IMG/VR virus record: IMGVR_UViG_3300046615_000177
Coordinates: 32,001-96,000 of that record
DNA: 64,000 nucleotides
Direction: 5' to 3' (one strand)
Source: a virus
Taxonomy: Duplodnaviria; Caudoviricetes
Part shown: positions 56,865 through 64,000 of the stretch, in pieces
How the letters are laid out: the number at the start of each line of letters is the position of its first letter
Numbering within the stretch: position 1 is the first letter of the stretch
Translations under genes and position numbers: made by a program
The notes under the pieces: generated by a model
Database searches by the model: none
Seen by the model: the letters and a program-made list of their open reading frames with translations, nothing else
Told to the model about the DNA's origin: nothing

Positions 56865-57030
56865 ATTGCCAGCTCCTTAATTTTTTGCCCCACCATTCTA
56901 GCATCGGGCTTTTCGTTTTGTCTTCCCTAAAGAAATGTACTTCCGAAGCTTCTACTATCGTTAAGTAAGCGCTCCGTATGAATCGGAAGGCCTTCGCCCC
57001 GTTCCCGCAGCTACAGCCTTCCGAAGCTCG

Positions 57031-57381
57031 TCACTCGAAGTGATAGAACGGCTCGTCGATGTCTTCTTGAATAAAGACCACACCATGAGATAGCCTTATG
57101 TTGCGCACGACAGGAGCGTAGGCTGGAACCAGTGCTCGCAGCTCTTCCCGCTGATAAAACCCTTCAATACGAGAAAGATGCCCGATAATCTCCGGGTTGA
57201 CGACCAGTGTCTTAGGAGTCTGCCCTGTCCAGTGGTAGTATGACAGGTTATGATTCTCCATCTCGTGAAAGAAAAAGTCCAGTTGGTTGGCGGCCGATTC
57301 CTGCGCTTTGGCAATCAGCTTATCTACAATGCTCTGCGATTCGACTTTACCCATGATGTCGCTCACGTTATATTCATCCAC
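57031..57381 (-). CDS. Hypothetical protein
   Basis: GTG start, RBS GGGAG. Confidence 0.65.
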   Translation of the reverse strand: MDEYNVSDIMGKVESQSIVDKLIAKAQESAANQLDFFFHEMENHNLSYYHWTGQTPKTLVVNPEIIGHLSRIEGFYQREELRALVPAYAPVVRNIRLSHGVVFIQEDIDEPFYHFE

Positions 57382-57526
57382 GCTGTACCGCTCCCTTCCG
57401 AAGCATATCTCCTATAGCGTCAGCAGCTTCGCTGTACCCCATTTGGCTCTTAAGCATCTCTTCCTTGCCGGGCACCCAGCGATACCCGAACTGCCGCATC
57501 CATTCACTAAACGTCTTTGTCTCCAT
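57374..57526 (-). CDS. Small protein (50 aa) not in the ORF track
   Basis: RBS AAGGAGGTGA; METKTFSEWMRQFGYRW... Confidence 0.6.
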   Translation of the reverse strand: METKTFSEWMRQFGYRWVPGKEEMLKSQMGYSEAADAIGDMLRKGAVQRG

Positions 57527-57540
57527 TAGCTTTCACCTCC

Positions 57541-57753
57541 TTAGAGCTTATTCACTTTGCGGAACAGGTGGTGCGCAGGAAGGCCCTCACTTCGGAAGGT
57601 CGCCCTGCACTGCTTCATCTGCTCCGTTTCCCCTACATACATCCATCCGACCTGAAAGCCAGAGGTACGAGAGATGTCGAGCCGTATTTCCAGCCCGAAG
57701 TCCTTTGCTCTCTTGACGAAGTCACCTGTGTGTACCAGCTTGTAGGGTTCCAT
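57541..57753 (-). CDS. Hypothetical protein
   Basis: Starts immediately after the pol stop codon. Confidence 0.55.
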   Translation of the reverse strand: MEPYKLVHTGDFVKRAKDFGLEIRLDISRTSGFQVGWMYVGETEQMKQCRATFRSEGLPAHHLFRKVNKL

Positions 57754-60700
57754 CTATGCCACCTTGATTCCGGCCAGCTCATACATATGCATGTATGGCT
57801 CGATCATCTCGTAGGTCACGTCCATGGCTTCCTTCTTGACCTTCTTAGGCTTCACGTATGGATTGCCGTGCTCGTCCCATTTCAGGTCTAGGGCAGTGTC
57901 CCACGTTGCCCCAATAGCAGGCTCGGCTACAATCGGCATGATGTCGCTAAAGCCGTCAATAGGGCGCTCCATAACCTCCTGAATAAACATAGCTGCCTCA
58001 ACCGCATGCTCTACAGGGGCCTGCCCCTGAAGCTCGTCATGAATCTGCATATGCATCGAAAGTGCTGGACAACGGTGCTGCTCCTTACGGATGTTGACCA
58101 TCGCCAGTGCGATGATGTCGGCCGCAGAGCCTTGGATAGGTGTGTTCATACAGATGTTCTCTGCCTTCTGCCGCACCCACTGGTTACTATCATTGATATG
58201 AGGCACTGGGCGGCGATGGTTGAACATCGTAGTTACATAGCCATTCTTACGAGCAAAGGAAATCATCTCGTCGGCGTACTCTCGCACTCCCGGGAACGTC
58301 GCCATGTAGTCCGCGATGAATTTTTTGGCTTGGGCGACAGTCATGCCCATTGCGGGGTCCTTCGCTAGTCCAAACTCTGTCATACCGAACACGATTCCGA
58401 AGTTGACCTTCTTGGCGCGGTACCGATGGGACTTGAACAACTCTTTGACCTCTTCCAACAGGCAGGCCAGCTTGAACACCCGGTGCGCTACCCAAGCATG
58501 CAGGTCTCCCCCGGAAGCGAGGGTATTGATCATACCCATCTCCCGGGCAAACCACGCCAGCACCTTCAGCTCAATCTGCGCGTAGTCAGCTCCGATGTAG
58601 AACACGTGGCCGGACAGCTTTTGCTTGACGATGAAGTGCCACGTCTTGGCGGTGAAATCGTTCAGCTTGTCCGGCGTGATGATCTCTCCGCCTGCAAATA
58701 GCTGCTCGGTCTTCTCCTTATCCGCCAGCAGAATGCGCTTGTCCGGCAGAATAATCTCCCCGGAAGGCGGAAGGAACGGTGCTACGAAGACCGACCGGAT
58801 GCCCATAGGGTCATTATCGGGGCGCGGGATATTCTGAAGGTTCGGTTTCTTTGACGACAGCCTCCATGTGTTGACAAGGTTCAGTGCGGTATGGAGCCTG
58901 TCCGTGTCTGTCCGGCAGAATGGGAGCATTCCGTTAACGTACGTCGAGTTGATCTTGTCGTACTTGGACTTCTCCTTCAGAATCTTCATGAATGGGCTAT
59001 CACCGTCGTAGTTCTCAATGAAGCGGTCGACGGTCTCCGCGTTTGTCGTCGGAAGGCCAGAGTCTCCGCGCTGCACTCCCTCCAGCGGGAACTTCAGAAT
59101 GTGGTAAAACAGCCACTGCCGATGCCCCGGACTCGCCCAGTTGAACGGTTTACCCTCCTTGATGAACAGGGAGATAGGCGCTTTACTGCGTTCACCCTTC
59201 TTACGTCCCTCACCCATTGGGTACTCTCCGGCAGGTACAATGACGTTCTCGCGGCCCAACTCTTCGTCGTATACGACCTCAGCATGCGGAACAATCTCGA
59301 TCAGCTCGTCGTTCAGAAGGCTCTCCAGCCCTTTGATACCTGCGTCCGTGCTCGCATTTGGGTCGCCCTTCAGCGCCTTCATTGCTACCTGCTTCAAGGC
59401 GAACAGTCTATCGCGGCTGACGTGCCACCCAGTTAGTTCGTACTCTGCCAGCACCATCATGCGCGGCACGTCAAGTTCGAACATGACCTCCATAACACCC
59501 GTCGCTTCAGCCAATGGCAGTAGGTAGTAGTAGAGTCCCAGCGCCCAGTCGGAGTCGGACGCGCCATAGTCAATAGAGTGCTTATCTACAGGAAGCTCAT
59601 TGAACGTCCGGCTGCGGGAGTGCTTTGATACCTTGGCTTTTTTCTGGCCTTTTTTAGCCCCGGATTTGTAGTGGCCCATAGACTCCTCCCAGTACTCCGT
59701 GGTCCACTCATGCTTTCCGACCGTATCCTTAAAACTCTTAATCTCGTCGATGCTCAGTAGCCCATGCACCATACCGTGCTCGTCGGCCAGCAGCGCCTTA
59801 GTTGCAGGCTTCAAACCTACCCGAACCTCGTAGGACTCACCGTCGAACTCGGTGTTTTCGGGCAGGGCCAGCAGCTTCACCATCAGCATGGTGTCCACTA
59901 CCTTATGCTTCAAGGCTTTGTGGAAAAAGTCGATCCCGTGCGTCAGGCTCCACTGGTACTCTGCCTTGATGTTGTGGGCAATCAGCAGGATGTCCGGGTC
60001 TTCAAGCAGCGGCTTCAGGAAGATGCTACGCAGCTCCTGCCAGTCCCAATTGGCCCCGTAGTTGTCATGCCTGATCGGTAGATAGACCGCAAACTTCAGC
60101 TTCCATGTGAAGGAAACCCCGACGATGTAGTGGTCCTGCGGGTCTGTCGTATCGTCGTCGGGGTCTCCGTTGGTTTCATAGTCGAACGCCATAACTTGAT
60201 GGAGGATGATCTGCGCTTTGTAGTACATCAGCGCCTCTCGGTCATTCTTTCCTACTGCGATGTAACCGTCCGGGATCGGCTCGGCCAATACGTTGTGACC
60301 GCCCTTCAGAAGTGCCTCAGCCTGCGAGGGGTTAAGCTTGGCAGGCTTTACAGGTGCCCCGGGAGGTACCGGACGTGACGGTCTTGGCGGTATACCCATC
60401 GCTTTTGCAGAGTTGTCGTACGCCTGCTGCGACGATAGCTTGTTGACAACTTCCTGCGCACCCTGCTGCGTGGCCGTAGTGATAATGTCCGCTACCGGGC
60501 TTCTGAAGCTGTCTACCTGTGCCCTCACGGCCTCCAGCGCCTGATCGTTCACGGCTTCCTGCCGCATTCCCGGAGGAACAGGACGCTTCGGTCTTTGTGG
60601 CCTCGCAGGAGCCGCTGTGGTGGCTTGTGGTGGTGCTGGCTCCGCCTTTACCGACACTTCACCCTGCGGCGTCCATATCGTCGCTGGCGCGGGTGCTGGT

Positions 60701-61131
60701 GGCACTGGCCGGGTGACCATTGCCGGAGTGTTCTTCCGATTTACCCCTATACCGTCCGTGGATAGCACAGACTCACCGGGCTGTCTACCACTACGCTGCG
60801 CGGCGATCTTGGCCTGCGCGTCTCTTAAACTCAATGCTACCAGCTCCTTGTTGTTCCTTAGTTCGACCAAAACATCTCCGTGGCACGCCTCTGGCTTACA
60901 GAAGCACCCCAGCACCTTACCGTCTAGCTCTCCGGCCAGCAGCGCCTCCAGCAGTGGTATCTGGGTCAATATCCATTCCCGGTACCTCTGGATGGATTCT
61001 GCACGGGTTTTTACCCGGTAGAGGGCCAGCGTGCCGGACGTATGTGAGAAGGGGTTACCCCACTTGCTACCGCGTCCGATGTACACGTCGTACACTGCAC
61101 CGAAGTGCCGCTTATTGACGACCTGCTTCAC
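57754..61131 (-). CDS. polA: Family A DNA polymerase with N-terminal DUF4326-like domain
   Basis: FDYET and AHNIK (exonuclease); RLSSKKPNLQNIP, ADYAQIEL, AKKVNFG, NTPIQGSAAD, QIHDEL; N-terminal DVYIGRGSKWGNPF...LGCFCKP..CHGDVL. Confidence 0.95.
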   Translation of the reverse strand: MKQVVNKRHFGAVYDVYIGRGSKWGNPFSHTSGTLALYRVKTRAESIQRYREWILTQIPLLEALLAGELDGKVLGCFCKPEACHGDVLVELRNNKELVALSLRDAQAKIAAQRSGRQPGESVLSTDGIGVNRKNTPAMVTRPVPPAPAPATIWTPQGEVSVKAEPAPPQATTAAPARPQRPKRPVPPGMRQEAVNDQALEAVRAQVDSFRSPVADIITTATQQGAQEVVNKLSSQQAYDNSAKAMGIPPRPSRPVPPGAPVKPAKLNPSQAEALLKGGHNVLAEPIPDGYIAVGKNDREALMYYKAQIILHQVMAFDYETNGDPDDDTTDPQDHYIVGVSFTWKLKFAVYLPIRHDNYGANWDWQELRSIFLKPLLEDPDILLIAHNIKAEYQWSLTHGIDFFHKALKHKVVDTMLMVKLLALPENTEFDGESYEVRVGLKPATKALLADEHGMVHGLLSIDEIKSFKDTVGKHEWTTEYWEESMGHYKSGAKKGQKKAKVSKHSRSRTFNELPVDKHSIDYGASDSDWALGLYYYLLPLAEATGVMEVMFELDVPRMMVLAEYELTGWHVSRDRLFALKQVAMKALKGDPNASTDAGIKGLESLLNDELIEIVPHAEVVYDEELGRENVIVPAGEYPMGEGRKKGERSKAPISLFIKEGKPFNWASPGHRQWLFYHILKFPLEGVQRGDSGLPTTNAETVDRFIENYDGDSPFMKILKEKSKYDKINSTYVNGMLPFCRTDTDRLHTALNLVNTWRLSSKKPNLQNIPRPDNDPMGIRSVFVAPFLPPSGEIILPDKRILLADKEKTEQLFAGGEIITPDKLNDFTAKTWHFIVKQKLSGHVFYIGADYAQIELKVLAWFAREMGMINTLASGGDLHAWVAHRVFKLACLLEEVKELFKSHRYRAKKVNFGIVFGMTEFGLAKDPAMGMTVAQAKKFIADYMATFPGVREYADEMISFARKNGYVTTMFNHRRPVPHINDSNQWVRQKAENICMNTPIQGSAADIIALAMVNIRKEQHRCPALSMHMQIHDELQGQAPVEHAVEAAMFIQEVMERPIDGFSDIMPIVAEPAIGATWDTALDLKWDEHGNPYVKPKKVKKEAMDVTYEMIEPYMHMYELAGIKVA

Positions 61132-61225
61132 TTCCGGGGTGCACGGATGATGTGCTTCACCGGGTGGCCTCCGATATGAGTCAGCTTCAGGGGATCATCT
61201 AGGCTACGAATAACTTGTGTGATAG

Positions 61226-61594
61226 TCATCCCTTCACCTCCGTATCGTGAACTTCGGATTCAGGGTAGTACTTCATGTGCAGCGGGCGGTCAAGGAAGCG
61301 CTGGTACAGCTCGTCGATATGCTGCTGCTTGGCGAGCGCCTGACCCGCAGCATCTATGGACCCTGCTGCGAAGGCATCTGCAATGTACCGCCCTGTTAAG
61401 ATGCGGCACTCTGTGTACCTACGACCGACTTCAATAATGCGCTTAGTAGTAAGCTCTGCGCTGCGCATAAGCGCCAGCAGTACACTCTCTTCAGCATAGT
61501 AAGCGTGGGAGGCTTTAGGTAAGGACACTTCAGCCATCCATAGAGCGTGCCGCTCTTTTTCGGTTATCCACATGCTACTCACACACCTTCTCAA
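61226..61594 (-). CDS. Hypothetical protein
   Basis: Likely start MWITE (~61573). Confidence 0.6.
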   Translation of the reverse strand: MRRCVSSMWITEKERHALWMAEVSLPKASHAYYAEESVLLALMRSAELTTKRIIEVGRRYTECRILTGRYIADAFAAGSIDAAGQALAKQQHIDELYQRFLDRPLHMKYYPESEVHDTEVKG

Positions 61595-61952
61595 TGAATT
61601 TTTCGTGCAGCTCGTCCATGCGTCCCGTAGCTATGTAGTACTTTTTGGACTCCCGCCGGACAAGGCCATATTCCTTAAACTTCCGAAGCCTCTGAAGCAC
61701 AGGCTTGTCTGCGCATCCCAGCGATTGGTAGATGTCGTCGGCGGTGCATATACCTACTTCGACAAGGTACTCTACCAATCGACGGGTCAGGTCTTTGCTC
61801 TCCCGCCTGTTGGTCGGGTGAAGCGCCATCTTAATACTTAAAACGTCAGGGATCGACAATGGCTGAAGCTCTTTGTGCTGGCTGTGTATTGCTCTCAGCC
61901 GCTCGGCCTTGTCGCGGTACTCCGCCAGTATTTGTTGCGGCGATTTGGTCAT
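61575..61952 (-). CDS. Winged-helix DNA-binding protein
   Basis: LVEYL...CTADDIYQSLGCADKPVLQRLRKFKEYGLV...YY; RBS AGGAGG. Confidence 0.75.
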   Translation of the reverse strand: MTKSPQQILAEYRDKAERLRAIHSQHKELQPLSIPDVLSIKMALHPTNRRESKDLTRRLVEYLVEVGICTADDIYQSLGCADKPVLQRLRKFKEYGLVRRESKKYYIATGRMDELHEKFIEKVCE

Positions 61953-61968
61953 ATTGCCCTCCTGTACA

Positions 61969-62071
61969 CAGTACGAGTTCGTACTGACTTACGACAAGTA
62001 TAGACAAGTTTGCACAACTTTGCAATAGAAAAACGCCGAAAAATGTCGAATTTTCCGGCGTTCATGTCGAA
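61969..62071 (-). promoter_or_regulatory. SigmaA-type promoter with palindromic operator, iterons and Spo0A boxes
   Basis: TTGCAA(62025-62020)-N17-TATACT(62002-61997); CAGTACGA-GT-TCGTACTG at 61969-61986; ACAA at 61994, 62004 and 62014; TGTCGAA at 62044 and 62065. Confidence 0.75.
62029..62063 (-). terminator. Terminator hairpin with a 0A box in the loop
   Basis: AACGCCGGAAAA-TTCGACA-TTTTTCGGCGTTTTT. Confidence 0.65.
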
Positions 62072-62098
62072 CCTTGTATTTTAGTGTCCCATGGGCGG

Positions 62099-62380
62099 TC
62101 ACTGCTCCCTGCTGGGTAGGCGCTCATGGGCGGCGCGACGCCAAGCTCGCCTGTTGGCCTCGTGGTCGCCCGCCCCTTTTGTGTTCTCTCTGTGTACTTC
62201 GGAAGCCAGTGCCCTTACGTTCAGCCATCCGGGATTCAGATCGTCCACACAGACAACAAGAATCTCCACCAGTCTTCCGAACACCCGGTCTGAGCGCATG
62301 GACGATACTACATAGCCCACGAACCCTTCTCCCGCAAATAGGTCTTGCTGCGTATTAAAGCTCACCTCTTCTACCTTCAT
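62099..62380 (-). CDS. Hypothetical protein
   Basis: RBS AAGGAG. Confidence 0.6.
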   Translation of the reverse strand: MKVEEVSFNTQQDLFAGEGFVGYVVSSMRSDRVFGRLVEILVVCVDDLNPGWLNVRALASEVHRENTKGAGDHEANRRAWRRAAHERLPSREQ

Positions 62381-62383
62381 CAG

Positions 62384-62695
62384 CTACTCCTTTCGGATAG
62401 CGGCTTCGTACATAGCCGTAGCTGCCTGTACGAGAGTTCCCAGTTTTTCGATCTCGCTCATTGCAACGACCATGCCTACACGTTCGGTATGGTAATCCTG
62501 CGGGAGCTTCTCCAATATCAGGGAAGCTACCTGATCGGTTACCTTCACCATCTTACGTGCGGCGCTGATAAATTCGTCAGTTAAGTCCTGCATCTCTACC
62601 CTCTCCTCTCGTAGCTGCGGGAGGTGAAACTGGGTGCGCCACCGCTCAATCAGCGACGCGCTCAGCTCTGCCTTTAAACGGTCGAAGCAGTTCAT
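62384..62695 (-). CDS. Hypothetical protein
   Basis: ATGA overlap. Confidence 0.6.
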   Translation of the reverse strand: MNCFDRLKAELSASLIERWRTQFHLPQLREERVEMQDLTDEFISAARKMVKVTDQVASLILEKLPQDYHTERVGMVVAMSEIEKLGTLVQAATAMYEAAIRKE

Positions 62696-64000
62696 GAGTT
62701 TAAGAACTCTATGAACTTCGGAAGCTTACGAAGACCTTCGCGAGTCCGGCTGATCATCGAATGTTTGGTCAGGATTGCAAGCCGGGCATTAACCTGCCCT
62801 CGCTCGTATCCCAGCATGTCAATGATCTCATTCGGCTTCAGAATCTCGTTGCGGCGGAACAACTCCAAGATTTCAGTAGACACCGCAGCGTTGTCACTGA
62901 AGTCAATGTCGTGAAGCTCCTTGGCGACGGTCTTACGGTCTTCCTCAGTCAGCTCTGTCTCGCCCTGACTCTTAGCGCTATAGGTGTCAAGCCGGGCGTT
63001 CTTGTTGTCGTACACGACCTGCAAGAATTCGGCTGCGTAGTCCACATGCTCCGGCTGCACCATAACGTTCTCGTGCGTGTCGTCTGCCGAATGCACAAGA
63101 GCGGCCAGTGCGATAGCTAAGCGGCATATCTTCTTCCGAAGGTCGGAAGGCTCCATCAGCGGTATATCTTGGGCGTATCCATACTTAGTCCCCAGCAGGT
63201 CTGCAAAGTGCAGTACGCGCTTCATGGCAGGCTTGGTGATCACAATCTGATCGGCCTTCCGGCTCCACGCCCATAGGATGCTGTTGCGCATGGTCTCCGA
63301 AGAGATGATCTGTGTCCGCTTGGTCTCGTCCTGCTCAGAGTTAAGCACGGACTTCGGAACATCGCCGGACTGAAGGAATACGGCCAAGTCCAGACGGCGT
63401 ATATCTGCCGGGCTTGCGAACAGTGACTTTAGCGCCTCCACCCCATGAGTAAAGGACGACAGCGTACGTGCCCGGGTAGGGTTAGTGAGCAGCAGCAGGC
63501 GTACTCGTGCGTTAGTTTCTGTATCCATCCCGGCCCGGTTAACCTTCAGAACGCCAGTGGTGCGAGCTTCCGTGATCTTCCCAAAGTCATCCGGTGGCAT
63601 CTCGGAGAACTCGTCCAAGGCCATCAGGCGGCGGTCAGACAGAGGGTAGCTTCCCCACTTAATGAACCAGCGCTCTCCGATCTGCTCCAGCATATAGACC
63701 AGCCCGGTACGGCTGGACCCTTCGCCGGAGGTCATATTCCCAAGGCCACAAAACTCCATAATATTACTTACGAGCTGCGTCTTAGCCTGCCCAGAGTCTC
63801 CGACGAAGATTGTCTCCATCCATCCGCGCTTTTCGAGCTGCCCCTGAAAATAGTAGTTCAGGCAGGAGTGGTACGTCATTAAGGCGGCAAGATGGGCCTC
63901 GAAGCGCTCCCGAACCAATGTGACATTACCCACAAGGTCCTCAATAATCAGCGACACCCGGTCATCCAGCGTCTCGCCCGGAGCCTTCTGAAACACCTTG
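62692..64000 (-). CDS. MCM-family AAA+ replicative helicase (5' part outside the window)
   Basis: VGDSGQAKTQ, SSRTGL, LDEFSEM, NARVRLLLLTNP, RRLDL arginine finger, C-terminal winged helix. Confidence 0.85.
   Translation of the reverse strand, partial: KVFQKAPGETLDDRVSLIIEDLVGNVTLVRERFEAHLAALMTYHSCLNYYFQGQLEKRGWMETIFVGDSGQAKTQLVSNIMEFCGLGNMTSGEGSSRTGLVYMLEQIGERWFIKWGSYPLSDRRLMALDEFSEMPPDDFGKITEARTTGVLKVNRAGMDTETNARVRLLLLTNPTRARTLSSFTHGVEALKSLFASPADIRRLDLAVFLQSGDVPKSVLNSEQDETKRTQIISSETMRNSILWAWSRKADQIVITKPAMKRVLHFADLLGTKYGYAQDIPLMEPSDLRKKICRLAIALAALVHSADDTHENVMVQPEHVDYAAEFLQVVYDNKNARLDTYSAKSQGETELTEEDRKTVAKELHDIDFSDNAAVSTEILELFRRNEILKPNEIIDMLGYERGQVNARLAILTKHSMISRTREGLRKLPKFIEFLNS

Larger units (their letters stand above)
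63..63141. repeat. Highly iterated dispersed palindrome CTTCNGAAG
   Basis: Manual count about 80 CTTC[C/G]GAAG plus about 25 CTTC[A/T]GAAG, e.g. 63, 385, 2259, 3100, 5280, 10915, 10990, 11038, 24990, 25014, 56940, 57018, 63133. Confidence 0.95.

Noticed and set aside
52459-61131. Inteins or introns in nrdJ, thyA or polA
   Set aside because: The ORFs are continuous, the insertions are short, and I saw no splice-junction or homing-endonuclease motifs.
63-63141. CTTCNGAAG as a CRISPR repeat, REP/MITE or plain codon bias
   Set aside because: Only 9 bp, irregularly spaced, with non-homologous flanks, and present in all frames and in non-coding DNA.
1-64000. tRNA or rRNA genes
   Set aside because: No cloverleaf or T-loop signature noticed by eye; a tRNAscan run would be needed to exclude them fully.
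1-64000. Alternative genetic code or stop-codon recoding
   Set aside because: Conserved genes are full length under the standard code, and TAA, TAG and TGA all end genes.

Overview
Segment of a large (probably >130 kb) dsDNA bacteriophage of a spore-forming Bacillota host, roughly 55-60% GC, with a Herelleviridae/SPO1-like terminase and portal. Essentially all genes are on the minus strand. From right to left it carries: a replication and nucleotide block (MCM-type helicase, PolA, thyA, tmk, RuvC, class II RNR, dUTPase, Cas4-like nuclease, ATP ligase); a sporulation-type sigma factor; a TubR-TubZ partition module; about 25 kb of small accessory/early genes; an AT-rich non-coding region; packaging and head genes; and two very large polyvalent virion-type proteins. 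Main unexplained signals: (1) the palindrome CTTCNGAAG occurs about 110 times by manual count against about 1 expected, in all frames and between genes; (2) a >1720-aa protein missing from the ORF track fuses a complete sigma70-like domain to a SNF2 ATPase, with L-x-K-S/A motifs at domain borders; (3) five copies of a 38-bp promoter-like element have a non-host -35 (AAGAGT); (4) 10-bp-period Spo0A-box arrays overlap sigmaA-type promoters; (5) paired palindromic boxes flank an AT-rich tract; (6) a two-copy structured RNA leader shows covariation. All calls come from reading the sequence by eye; no searches were run.
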